This document shows, piece after piece, positions 9,001-16,032 of a DNA stretch of 32,000 nt (position 1 is the first letter of the stretch; every line of letters begins with the position of its first letter). The translations under genes were made by a program, and so were the position numbers. The stretch is from an uncultured Erysipelotrichaceae bacterium (GTDB lineage: Bacteria > Bacillota_I > Bacilli_A > Erysipelotrichales > Erysipelotrichaceae). Location of the stretch: contig OW818653.1 of NCBI GenBank assembly GCA_942492995.1, forward strand, positions 1,080,001 to 1,112,000, given 5' to 3'. The notes beneath the pieces were generated by a model. It had not been told where the DNA came from. It searched no databases and saw nothing but the letters and a program-made list of their open reading frames with translations.

Positions 9001-12000
9001 GGTTCTTTAAGTGTTGTTTTACCTGTAATAACTAATGAAGTAACGCCAGAAATACTATTTGAAGTAACTGGAACCACTTTATAGTAATAACTTGTATTGA
9101 AATTCAAGGCAGTTAAGGTTGTGAAACTTGTCTCAGTGACACTTCCGATTTTTGTCGTAACCGCTGTCGAGGTCGTGCCTTGGTACACATCGTAATGATC
9201 TGCACCTGCGACACTATCCCAACTTAAGGTAAAGCGATTGAAGTTTGTGTCACTAATCTTAAAGTTTCCTACCACGGCTGGAACTGGGATGGATGAAACT
9301 GTTGCCGAGTTCGCACTTCTGAGTTCACCATTCTTAGCCACTAGACTAAAGGAATAGCTTTCTCCAAGATTTAAACCACTCACATCCACACTAATCGCAT
9401 TCGCATCACTTATTGTACTGTGTTCTAATCCATTCATGTATAACACGTATTCCGTTGCGCCTAAGACTTTCGTCCAGCTCACCGTAATCGTCTCGATATT
9501 CTTACTCACGGCTTTAATCACTGGTGCCACAGGTGGCGTCGTAATTGAACTGATGGAGGAATAATTTCCGAATATTTTAATTGTGCCAGCCATACGATAC
9601 GCACGTACTTTATAGTTATACGTCGTATTAGCGACTAAACCCGTATGATTCGCAGTTAGAGTCGTCACACTCTTCAAGAACGTATACGTTGTCGTACCTG
9701 CTTTCGCATAATACACTTCGTATCCAGCTGCGCCTTCAACACTTGCCCAACTTAAATCGGCAGTTGTCGCATTTGGACTGGTAACCAATAGACTACTTGG
9801 TTCTTTAAGTGTTGTTTTACCTGTAATAACTAATGAAGTAACGCCAGAAATACTATTTGAAGTAACTGGTACTACTTTATAGTAATAACTCGTATTGAAA
9901 TTCAAGGCAGTTAACGTGGTGAAACTTGTCTCAGTGACTGAACCGATTTTTGTCGTTACCGCTGTCGAAGTCGTGCCTTGATACACATCGTAATGATCTG
10001 CGCCATCGACTGCGTCCCAACTTAAGGTAAAGCGATTAAAGTTTGTATCACTGATCTTAAAGTTTCCTACCACGGCTGGAACTGGGATGGATGAAACTGT
10101 TGCCGAGTTCGCACTTCTGAGTTCACCATTCTTAGCCACTAGACTAAAGGAATAGCTTTCACCTAGATTTAAGCCACTGACATCCACACTAATCGCATTC
10201 GCATCACTAATCGTACTGTGTTCTAATCCATTCATGTATAACACGTATTGCGTTGCGCCTAAGACTTTTGTCCAGCTTACCGTAATCGTTTCGATATTCT
10301 TACTCACGGCTTTAATCACCGGTGCCACAGGTGGCGTTGTAATTGAACTTATGGAGGAATAATTGCCAAATACTTTAATTGTGCCAGCCATACGATACGC
10401 ACGTACTTTATAGTTGTACGTTGTATTTGCGACTAAACCGGTATGATTCGTCGTTAAGGTCGTAACGCTCTTCAAGAAGGTATACGTTGTCGTCCCTGCT
10501 TTTGCATAATACACTTCATAGCCCGCTGCGCCTTCAACACTTGCCCAACTTAAATCGGCAGTCGTTGCATTTGGACTGGTAACGTTTAACCCAGTTAAAT
10601 CCTTTAAAACAGTTTTAGTATTGATAACAAGTGGAGTTGCACCAAGTGTTTCATCATTTGCGACTGGTTGAACTTTAAAGTAGTAAGTTGTATTAAACGT
10701 TAAATTTGATAAAGTGCTAAAACTTGTCTCTGTAACACTACCTATTTTCGTTGTTATTGTTGTTGCAGAAGTTCCTTGATAAATATCATATCTTGTTGCA
10801 CCAAAAACTGGATTCCACTCAAAACTTAATCCATTATACCGAACATCAGTAAAGTGAAGATTCTCGGTTGAAGTAATAGGAGTAACATTTAAGCTTGCAG
10901 GAACCAAAGATAAATTATTCGATGAGTCAAACGCTTGAATTTGAAGTGAATAGCTTTCTCCTGTAATTAGTCCAGATATTTGATAAGTAAGAACTTTCCC
11001 TAAATTGACTTCAGTCCATACTGAATCAGTAGTTTTTTTATAACTTATCTTATAACCTGATAAATCTGGTGCAGTTGAAGCAGCCCAACTTAAATTAATT
11101 TGTGTTCCTGTGACACTTGTTACTTTGAAATTCGAAGGTGATAGTGGCGCTAAATTATCAATTGGCTTAGCAGTTTGGACTACTGAATATGGTGACCATG
11201 AAGTATTATGATCTTTTGCTTTAATTCTGAAATCATAATTTGTTCCATTTGAAAGATTAGATAAAGTATATGAAGTTGTACTTGGAGTTAATGTACTACT
11301 AATAATAGTCCAAGTTGTTGCTGTAGAAGCTTTATATTCTAATTGATACGCAATAACATCGTATTCACTTGATTTCGACCAATTAATAGTTATTTGTTTA
11401 TCGCTTATATTATTTATAGCAAAATCACTTGGAGTAGTCGGTGGTGCTAAATATCTTAATACTCTTTCAGCATCAACAACACCATATCCATAATATATGT
11501 CATAACCAGTCGCTCCAAAATCTCGACTAGAATATTTTAAAATACTTTCAAATTTTGCAGGGGTTAGTCCAGGAAAGTATGCTTTTGCTAATGCTGCAAC
11601 CCCAGCTACATATGGAGATGAGAAAGATGTTCCACTAACCATCTCATAGTAGCAATAACCACAACTTATGTAATCAGCTGTAGAAATAATATCTTCACCT
11701 GGAGCAACTACATCTATTTTGTCATTATGTTGTGAGAAATATGAAACAGAATTTAATTCATTGATTGAACCTACTCCAATTACACCAGTATTCGAAGCTG
11801 GATACATATAAGTAGCAGTTCCATCATTACCAGCGGCAGCAACAATAATTACACCTTTAGAAACAGCATATGTAATTGCATTACTAAGAACTGGATCATT
11901 TGTCGGCCCACCAAGACTAATATTAATTACATCTATACCTAAATCTGTAGCAACATAAATAGCAGAAGCTATATCAGATGAATATGCTTCACCATCAGAA

Positions 12001-12818
12001 TAAGTGACACGATATGGAACTATTGCAACATTCCAGTTTACAGCTGAAATACCATTTCCATTATTAGTACTCGCACCAATAATTCCACTAACTAAGGTTC
12101 CATGACCAGTAGAATCCCAATCAACTGCCTCATCAAAAATCACATCCCATCCCAATCTAATATCAGCATTGTATAAATCCGGATTATCTCTATCAATTCC
12201 TGAGTCAATAACCGCAACTAAAATATCATAAGAACCTTTTTCAAATTCCCAAGCTGAAGATAAATTCATTGCAGAAAGTGCCCATTGATCATAGAAATAA
12301 TAATCATTTGGAACTGCACTTGACTCGAATTTCGAATCTGTCACAACATTTTTGATAAAGCTTTCATATTTAGAAATGAAACCTTCATAATCATCTAGCT
12401 TTACAGAAAATTGACGTAATTCACTTTTACCAATTATTTTATATTTATAGTCAGATAAAATTTCATATACTTTTACCAAATCAACATTATCATTAAATGT
12501 TACATTAAAGCGATTGCCTTTTGCAGTTTGATATTCTTTTTCTAATGCAATATTATCTTTTTTAAGTTTTTCTAAAGATAGAGTAGTCTTCTTATTTAAA
12601 GTACTATCTTTTTCTTTCGAAAGACTTGCAACAGAATCTCTGTACTGGTCTTGACTCGCAAAAGGATTCACTAATGAATCAGTTGCTTGAACATCAAGTT
12701 TAAACTCAATACTCTGAAAAAGACCAATTGATAAGGCTATTGTAACAATTGTTATTTTTCTTAAACTTAACATAATGAAATTCTTAATCCAACCGGATTG
12801 TCTACTCAGTTTTTGCAT
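6081..12818 (-). CDS. Giant surface-associated subtilisin-like serine peptidase (S8) with an FN3-repeat stalk and C-terminal Big_2-like domain (2245 aa)
   Basis: Uninterrupted 6.7-kb ORF. RBS AGGGGA (12825-12830) lies 6 nt before the ATG at 12818. It has the S8 catalytic triad motifs, followed by about 19 FN3-like modules. No LPXTG or C-terminal TM was seen. Confidence 0.9.
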   Translation of the reverse strand: MQKLSRQSGWIKNFIMLSLRKITIVTIALSIGLFQSIEFKLDVQATDSLVNPFASQDQYRDSVASLSKEKDSTLNKKTTLSLEKLKKDNIALEKEYQTAKGNRFNVTFNDNVDLVKVYEILSDYKYKIIGKSELRQFSVKLDDYEGFISKYESFIKNVVTDSKFESSAVPNDYYFYDQWALSAMNLSSAWEFEKGSYDILVAVIDSGIDRDNPDLYNADIRLGWDVIFDEAVDWDSTGHGTLVSGIIGASTNNGNGISAVNWNVAIVPYRVTYSDGEAYSSDIASAIYVATDLGIDVINISLGGPTNDPVLSNAITYAVSKGVIIVAAAGNDGTATYMYPASNTGVIGVGSINELNSVSYFSQHNDKIDVVAPGEDIISTADYISCGYCYYEMVSGTSFSSPYVAGVAALAKAYFPGLTPAKFESILKYSSRDFGATGYDIYYGYGVVDAERVLRYLAPPTTPSDFAINNISDKQITINWSKSSEYDVIAYQLEYKASTATTWTIISSTLTPSTTSYTLSNLSNGTNYDFRIKAKDHNTSWSPYSVVQTAKPIDNLAPLSPSNFKVTSVTGTQINLSWAASTAPDLSGYKISYKKTTDSVWTEVNLGKVLTYQISGLITGESYSLQIQAFDSSNNLSLVPASLNVTPITSTENLHFTDVRYNGLSFEWNPVFGATRYDIYQGTSATTITTKIGSVTETSFSTLSNLTFNTTYYFKVQPVANDETLGATPLVINTKTVLKDLTGLNVTSPNATTADLSWASVEGAAGYEVYYAKAGTTTYTFLKSVTTLTTNHTGLVANTTYNYKVRAYRMAGTIKVFGNYSSISSITTPPVAPVIKAVSKNIETITVSWTKVLGATQYVLYMNGLEHSTISDANAISVDVSGLNLGESYSFSLVAKNGELRSANSATVSSIPVPAVVGNFKISDTNFNRFTLSWDAVDGADHYDVYQGTTSTAVTTKIGSVTETSFTTLTALNFNTSYYYKVVPVTSNSISGVTSLVITGKTTLKEPSSLLVTSPNATTADLSWASVEGAAGYEVYYAKAGTTTYTFLKSVTTLTANHTGLVANTTYNYKVRAYRMAGTIKIFGNYSSISSITTPPVAPVIKAVSKNIETITVSWTKVLGATEYVLYMNGLEHSTISDANAISVDVSGLNLGESYSFSLVAKNGELRSANSATVSSIPVPAVVGNFKISDTNFNRFTLSWDSVAGADHYDVYQGTTSTAVTTKIGSVTETSFTTLTALNFNTSYYYKVVPVTSNSISGVTSLVITGKTTLKEPSSLLVTSPNATTADLSWASVEGAAGYEVYYAKAGTTTYTFLKSVTTLTTNHTGLVANTTYNYKVRAYRMAGTVKVFGNYSSISSITTPPVAPVIKAVSKNIETITVSWTKVLGATQYVLYMNGLEHSTISDANAISVDVSGLNLGESYSFSLVAKNGELRSANSATVSSIPVPAVVGNFKISDTNFNRFTLSWDAVDGADHYDVYQGTTSTAVTTKIGSVTETSFTTLTALNFNTSYYYKVVPVTSNSISGVTSLVITGKTTLKEPSSLLVTSPNATTADLSWASVEGAAGYEVYYAKAGTTTYTFLKSVTTLTANHTGLVANTTYNYKVRAYRMAGTIKIFGNYSSISSITTPPVAPVIKAVSKNIETITVSWTKVLGATEYVLYMNGLEHSTISDANAISVDVSGLNLGESYSFSLVAKNGELRSANSATVSSIPVPAVVGNFKISDTNFNRFTLSWDSVAGADHYDVYQGTTSTAVTTKIGSVTETSFTTLTALNFNTSYYYKVVPVTSNSISGVTSLVITGKTTLKEPSSLLVTSPNATTADLSWASVEGAAGYEVYYAKAGTTTYTFLKSVTTLTTNHTGLVANTTYNYKVRAYRMAGTVKVFGNYSSISSITTPPVAPVIKAVSKNIETITVSWTKVLGATQYVLYMNGLEHSTISDANAISVDVSGLNLGESYSFSLVAKNGELRSANSTTVNAILMLQSVKNLKVSGIDYNLLSLSWDTVDGADHYDVYQGTTSTTVTTKIGSVTETSFSTLSNLNFNSTYYFKIVPVALNGTIGIESSTISGKTSLHSPSVITTSTTNPTSVTLSWDEVEGASGYEVYYSTGYSTNYVLLKTVTTSTTNLTGIIKRTDYNYKVRAYRMSGTTKIYSAFSNLKTYMYIPIDGFIFENTGYYTVEVGKYITVNYSYMPLNATITTITCTSFSPELATIDNEGTIFGIAAGYVTMEVKTIDGYKERIYVSIVNKIY
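6084..6338 (-). other. C-terminal Big_2-like (bacterial Ig-like group 2) domain (last 85 aa)
   Basis: VEVGKYITVNYSYMPLNATITTITCTSFSPELATIDNEGTIFGIAAGYVTMEVKT resembles the Big_2 pattern (V-x-x-G ... S-S-N-x-x-V-A-T-V ... G-x-V-T-A-x-x-x-G). Confidence 0.5.
6339..11435 (-). other. Array of about 19 fibronectin type III-like domains (residues about 462-2160)
   Basis: Modules of about 89 aa each have the L-S-W ... G-A-x-x-Y-x-V/I-Y ... Y-x-F/Y-K/R-V pattern. The layout is 3 unique modules, 5 x 3 modules in the repeated triplet unit (the last one diverged), and 1 terminal module. Confidence 0.8.
6915..10583. repeat. In-frame tandem repeat array: 798-bp unit (266 codons, 3 FN3 domains) x about 4.6, organised as a 1596-bp A+B higher-order repeat
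   Basis: The landmark ACTTCTGAGT occurs at 6921, 7719, 8517, 9315 and 10113, an exact 798-bp period. By eye, 6921-8516 and 8517-10112 are identical. A and B subunits differ at roughly 50-60 of 798 nt. Confidence 0.9.
11454..12311 (-). other. Peptidase S8 catalytic domain (residues about 170-455)
   Basis: Asp205 in VAVIDSGID (codon 12204-12206), His239 in STGHGTLVSG (12102-12104), Asn-region INISLGG, and Ser398 in SGTSFSSPYVAG (11625-11627). It is preceded by an I9-like propeptide region (residues about 100-165). Confidence 0.85.
12708..12818 (-). other. N-terminal signal peptide / signal-anchor segment of the protease (residues 1-37)
   Basis: A basic N-terminus (K3, R6, K12, R20, K21) is followed by the hydrophobic ITIVTIALSIGLF. 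Whether it is cleaved or stays as an anchor cannot be decided by eye. Confidence 0.55.
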
Positions 12819-12993
12819 AAATATTTCCCCTATTTATTATTAACGACTAACATTAAAAAATTGCTCACTATAAGCAATCTTCAAAATAAAAAATTATTGA
12901 TTTGGACATCTAATAAAAGTAAAGAATTTGAATTTCCCCAAAACGTAAGATGACCTAACCCCACAAGTTTTCCCCCTGTATAATGTCTCAATA

Positions 12994-13020
12994 ATTATAC
13001 TATATTAAATTGTTTGTGAA
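12994..13020 (-). promoter_or_regulatory. Candidate promoter of the protease gene
   Basis: On the minus strand, TTCACA (13020-13015), 15-nt spacer, TATAAT (12999-12994). The spacer is short, so this is tentative. It would give a leader of about 170 nt. Confidence 0.3.
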
Positions 13021-13033
13021 TATATTGTTTTCT

Positions 13034-13058
13034 GTAAAATAACCTTTAAATATAAGGT
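13034..13058 (-). terminator. Weak candidate terminator after the GT2 gene at 13081-14061
   Basis: Minus-strand hairpin ACCTT / 7-nt loop / AAGGT (13058-13042), followed by TATTTTAC. The stem is only 5-7 bp. Confidence 0.3.
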
Positions 13059-13080
13059 ATTTAAGTGGAAATGTTATCGA

Positions 13081-14061
13081 TTAACTAAGTTTTTCTTGCT
13101 TAAATCGATAATAAATTGTGAACACTATAGAGAACAATTTATATGTTGATTTATTAATAAGTTTAAAATATAAGTTTTTTAATCCACCTTGATTTAAATA
13201 AGAGTTTTGTTTCCATGAAGGAAAGTTATCAGCTAATATGGTATAGCTCAACTCTAAGGTTTTATTACGATCATTCTTGTCTTTAATTTGACACGTTCTT
13301 AAGAAAGAATTACCGAGGAAGAAACGAATGAATAGATATTCCAACTCTAATTTATAGTCATTAAAGAGATGTTTATCCTTATAGAAATTCAAAATATCAT
13401 TAAAAACATAAATCATGTCTTTAACGCGATCATTATGATTATGGGTAATAGACCCAACTGTTTGTCTATAATGGACAAAAGGTATATTAACATAAGACCA
13501 TTTCTTAATAAATGGAGCTAATCGATATAAGAATGATGCGTCTTCATAACGATAACCATCAGGGAAATGAAGATCTAATTGTTTTATAAAATCAGTACGA
13601 TAGAGCTTGTTCCAAAGTGTCGCAAACATTTTAATTAGAATTTCTTTATTATCTAAATAAGGTCCATCATTAGTTCGTGTTTCATAGTCTGGATATGTCC
13701 AATAAAAGTCAGAAAAAACACAATCAGAATTATTATCCTTTGCGCTTAAATAAAGTTTCCCAAACATATCTGATTCGACAATATCGTCACTATCCACAAA
13801 TCCAAAATACTCACTATTAACTTGTTGAAAACCGAAATTACGCGTATGTGCAATTCCACCATTTGGTTTAGTAAAAGATCTAATTAATGTTGGATAATTA
13901 GTTTTATACGCATCAATTATTTCCTGAGAATTATCTGAAGAACCATCATTTACTAGGATTAACTCGAAAGAATCTAATGTTTGATTAACTAAAGAATCAA
14001 GAGTTAACTTAAGATGTTTTTCAGCATTATAAATAGGAACAATCACATTAACTTTTATCAT
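13081..14061 (-). CDS. Family 2 glycosyltransferase (GT-A fold)
   Basis: VIVPIYNAEKHLKLTLDSLVNQTLDSFELILVNDGSSDNS followed by a DSDD (DxD) motif. Its start overlaps the upstream stop (TAATG at 14059-14063). Confidence 0.85.
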   Translation of the reverse strand: MIKVNVIVPIYNAEKHLKLTLDSLVNQTLDSFELILVNDGSSDNSQEIIDAYKTNYPTLIRSFTKPNGGIAHTRNFGFQQVNSEYFGFVDSDDIVESDMFGKLYLSAKDNNSDCVFSDFYWTYPDYETRTNDGPYLDNKEILIKMFATLWNKLYRTDFIKQLDLHFPDGYRYEDASFLYRLAPFIKKWSYVNIPFVHYRQTVGSITHNHNDRVKDMIYVFNDILNFYKDKHLFNDYKLELEYLFIRFFLGNSFLRTCQIKDKNDRNKTLELSYTILADNFPSWKQNSYLNQGGLKNLYFKLINKSTYKLFSIVFTIYYRFKQEKLS

Positions 14062-15917
14062 TATTCACCTAAGCTACCTTTCTTATACTCCAATGAATTA
14101 AAATAATCCGTTTCTACTATCTTAAAGCCTAATTGTAATTTCGCATACAATGCGTCAGCTTCTACTCTAAATTCTTCTTCGGTCTTTGTCCAATTATGAG
14201 TAATTGTTCCTCGTAATGTATCAAACGTAAAGTCATTCGATTTAATTACACCAAATTCATTGAAATTAAATCCTGTATAACTTGGATCAAATACACTTTG
14301 ACCTAAGGCTAGTTGATATGGATATTCTATATTAAATAAGTCATAAATTGTAGGCGCAATGTCTAATGGAGAGGATACTTTATCAATATTACCCATTATT
14401 TCATCATTATGCCAAATTATAAATGGGGTATTAAAACAAATGTTAAATTCAATGCCATTCGCTTCACACATTGTACGATAATCTTCTTTATTTTCAAAAA
14501 GTCCTTTAGGAAAATGATCACCATAGATTATGATTACTAAATCTTTTAATAGATCATTATTTTCATAGTCTTTGAGTAAATCACTTAATCCTTTATCCAA
14601 ATCCATGTTCTTCGCAAAGTATATCTTTTCTGCTTCAGGCATATCAGGATATCGCTTATTCACAACATCGTAATATTTCAACATCGTTTCATTAAGTGTA
14701 TCCATAGAGTAAGGTTGATGACCATTATAGGTAATCCAAAATGAGAAATAATTTTCATATTCATACATGATCCATTTTATGTGATCAATGACATAGGAAT
14801 CTTCCACATTATCATATGCATTTAATCCTAATGCATCATAAAATGTATATCCAAGATTTGGTAACATGACGCTTCGATTGTAATAAACACCATAATTATT
14901 ATGGCTAGCCATTGAGAAATATCCTTGATCCGTAAATGATTTCGCAAGGGTTAATGGATATGCATTCTCCGCAAACGCATTAAATGTAATTTTACCGTTA
15001 TTGGATGGAAGTAAACTTGTATTTACCATAAACTCTGTATCAGATGTAGAACCCGCTAATAGAGGTGAATTATACCCTCTTACAAACAATCCACTATGTT
15101 TAAGGCGATAGAGAGTTGGTGTTAGTTCAGGATCGATAGCTAAGTTATTTAAAGACTCTGCTTCAATAAGGAGAACGTTTAACCCTTCAAAGATTCCTGA
15201 ATAATCACTTTTTACTGTAGCTGGTTTCTGATTAAGTAAAGCGGATATCTGTTGTTCAATTGTTAATTCAGCTTGTACTTCGATTGGTTCAATCGTCATA
15301 TCAAATTCACGTAATAATAATCCGTTCAACCCAAACTGTGCCACAAATACGTTCGTGTTTGGGATATTAGCATAAATAACACTTGAGTCGACAAGATTGA
15401 TTGGATTACTTTGAGATGCGTCTAGCTCTTTATGAAATGTAGAATACTGTGTATATCCTAGAGTAATTAATAAAAGTATTATGAGTAATTGTTGAAATGG
15501 GGATGTTATCACAAGATTTTTCTTATAGAGTTTTATCGCAAGATATAGTGCAATAAATGGAACAGTAAAATAAATCACATCCGTTAATCGCGTAAATTCT
15601 AATGCACTACCTGCGAATTTAAACATATTAGATTGTACGGAAAGTGCTGTAGTAATCATTCCATATTGATTGAAAGATCTAAAGAATACGGTCTGAACGC
15701 CAAAGTATATTGATGTGAGTGCAATTAAAATGAACATAACACCAATTCGTGTTTTCTTTGTAAATAAGAGTAAAAATGCATTTAAAAAGGATAAAACAAT
15801 TAAAAGAACTTTAAAAGCTAAGCCCGTTACAATAATGTATTGAAAAGACAGAATCAAATACGATAATGTGAAAATTAAATTAATAAGAACAAATTGGAAT
15901 TTCTTAAGAGAAAACAT
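14061..15917 (-). CDS. LTA synthase (LtaS) family sulfatase-fold polytopic membrane protein
   Basis: 618 aa with about 5 N-terminal TM helices and an extracytoplasmic sulfatase-like domain. That domain has AGSTSDTEFMVNTSLLP (compare the catalytic Thr motif G-x-T-A/S-D-x-EF of LtaS) and IIIYGDHFP. AAGGAAG RBS at 15924-15930. Confidence 0.8.
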   Translation of the reverse strand: MFSLKKFQFVLINLIFTLSYLILSFQYIIVTGLAFKVLLIVLSFLNAFLLLFTKKTRIGVMFILIALTSIYFGVQTVFFRSFNQYGMITTALSVQSNMFKFAGSALEFTRLTDVIYFTVPFIALYLAIKLYKKNLVITSPFQQLLIILLLITLGYTQYSTFHKELDASQSNPINLVDSSVIYANIPNTNVFVAQFGLNGLLLREFDMTIEPIEVQAELTIEQQISALLNQKPATVKSDYSGIFEGLNVLLIEAESLNNLAIDPELTPTLYRLKHSGLFVRGYNSPLLAGSTSDTEFMVNTSLLPSNNGKITFNAFAENAYPLTLAKSFTDQGYFSMASHNNYGVYYNRSVMLPNLGYTFYDALGLNAYDNVEDSYVIDHIKWIMYEYENYFSFWITYNGHQPYSMDTLNETMLKYYDVVNKRYPDMPEAEKIYFAKNMDLDKGLSDLLKDYENNDLLKDLVIIIYGDHFPKGLFENKEDYRTMCEANGIEFNICFNTPFIIWHNDEIMGNIDKVSSPLDIAPTIYDLFNIEYPYQLALGQSVFDPSYTGFNFNEFGVIKSNDFTFDTLRGTITHNWTKTEEEFRVEADALYAKLQLGFKIVETDYFNSLEYKKGSLGE

Positions 15918-15973
15918 AGCTAACTTCCTTAATTAGTGAGTGCGATTAGATACTAATCACAGTCAATATTTTT

Positions 15974-15982
15974 ATTCTATCA
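15974..15982 (-). promoter_or_regulatory. Candidate extended -10 promoter for the LtaS-family/GT2 operon
   Basis: Minus strand reads TGATAGAAT (TG-n-TAGAAT). The -35 is weak. Confidence 0.35.
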
Positions 15983-16032
15983 TGATTAAAGTGTGATATT
16001 CCAATAAACTAATGGTTATAAAGATGTGCCGA

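Noticed and set aside
6915-10583. The repeat array as a CRISPR array, satellite or mobile element
   Set aside because: The period is 798 bp with no spacer/repeat alternation. The array is entirely in frame within one ORF and encodes FN3 modules, so it is a coding domain-repeat expansion.
12936-12976. Possible G-quadruplex on the minus strand (G4, G4 and G5 runs)
   Set aside because: There are only three long G runs, the fourth being GG, and the loops are long and unequal. I reported them instead as SD-like GGGGAAA repeats in the leader.
12978-12985. Plus-strand TGTATAAT promoter-like element
   Set aside because: It points towards minus-strand genes only. No plus-strand ORF or RNA signature lies downstream, so at most it drives an antisense transcript, which I cannot support.
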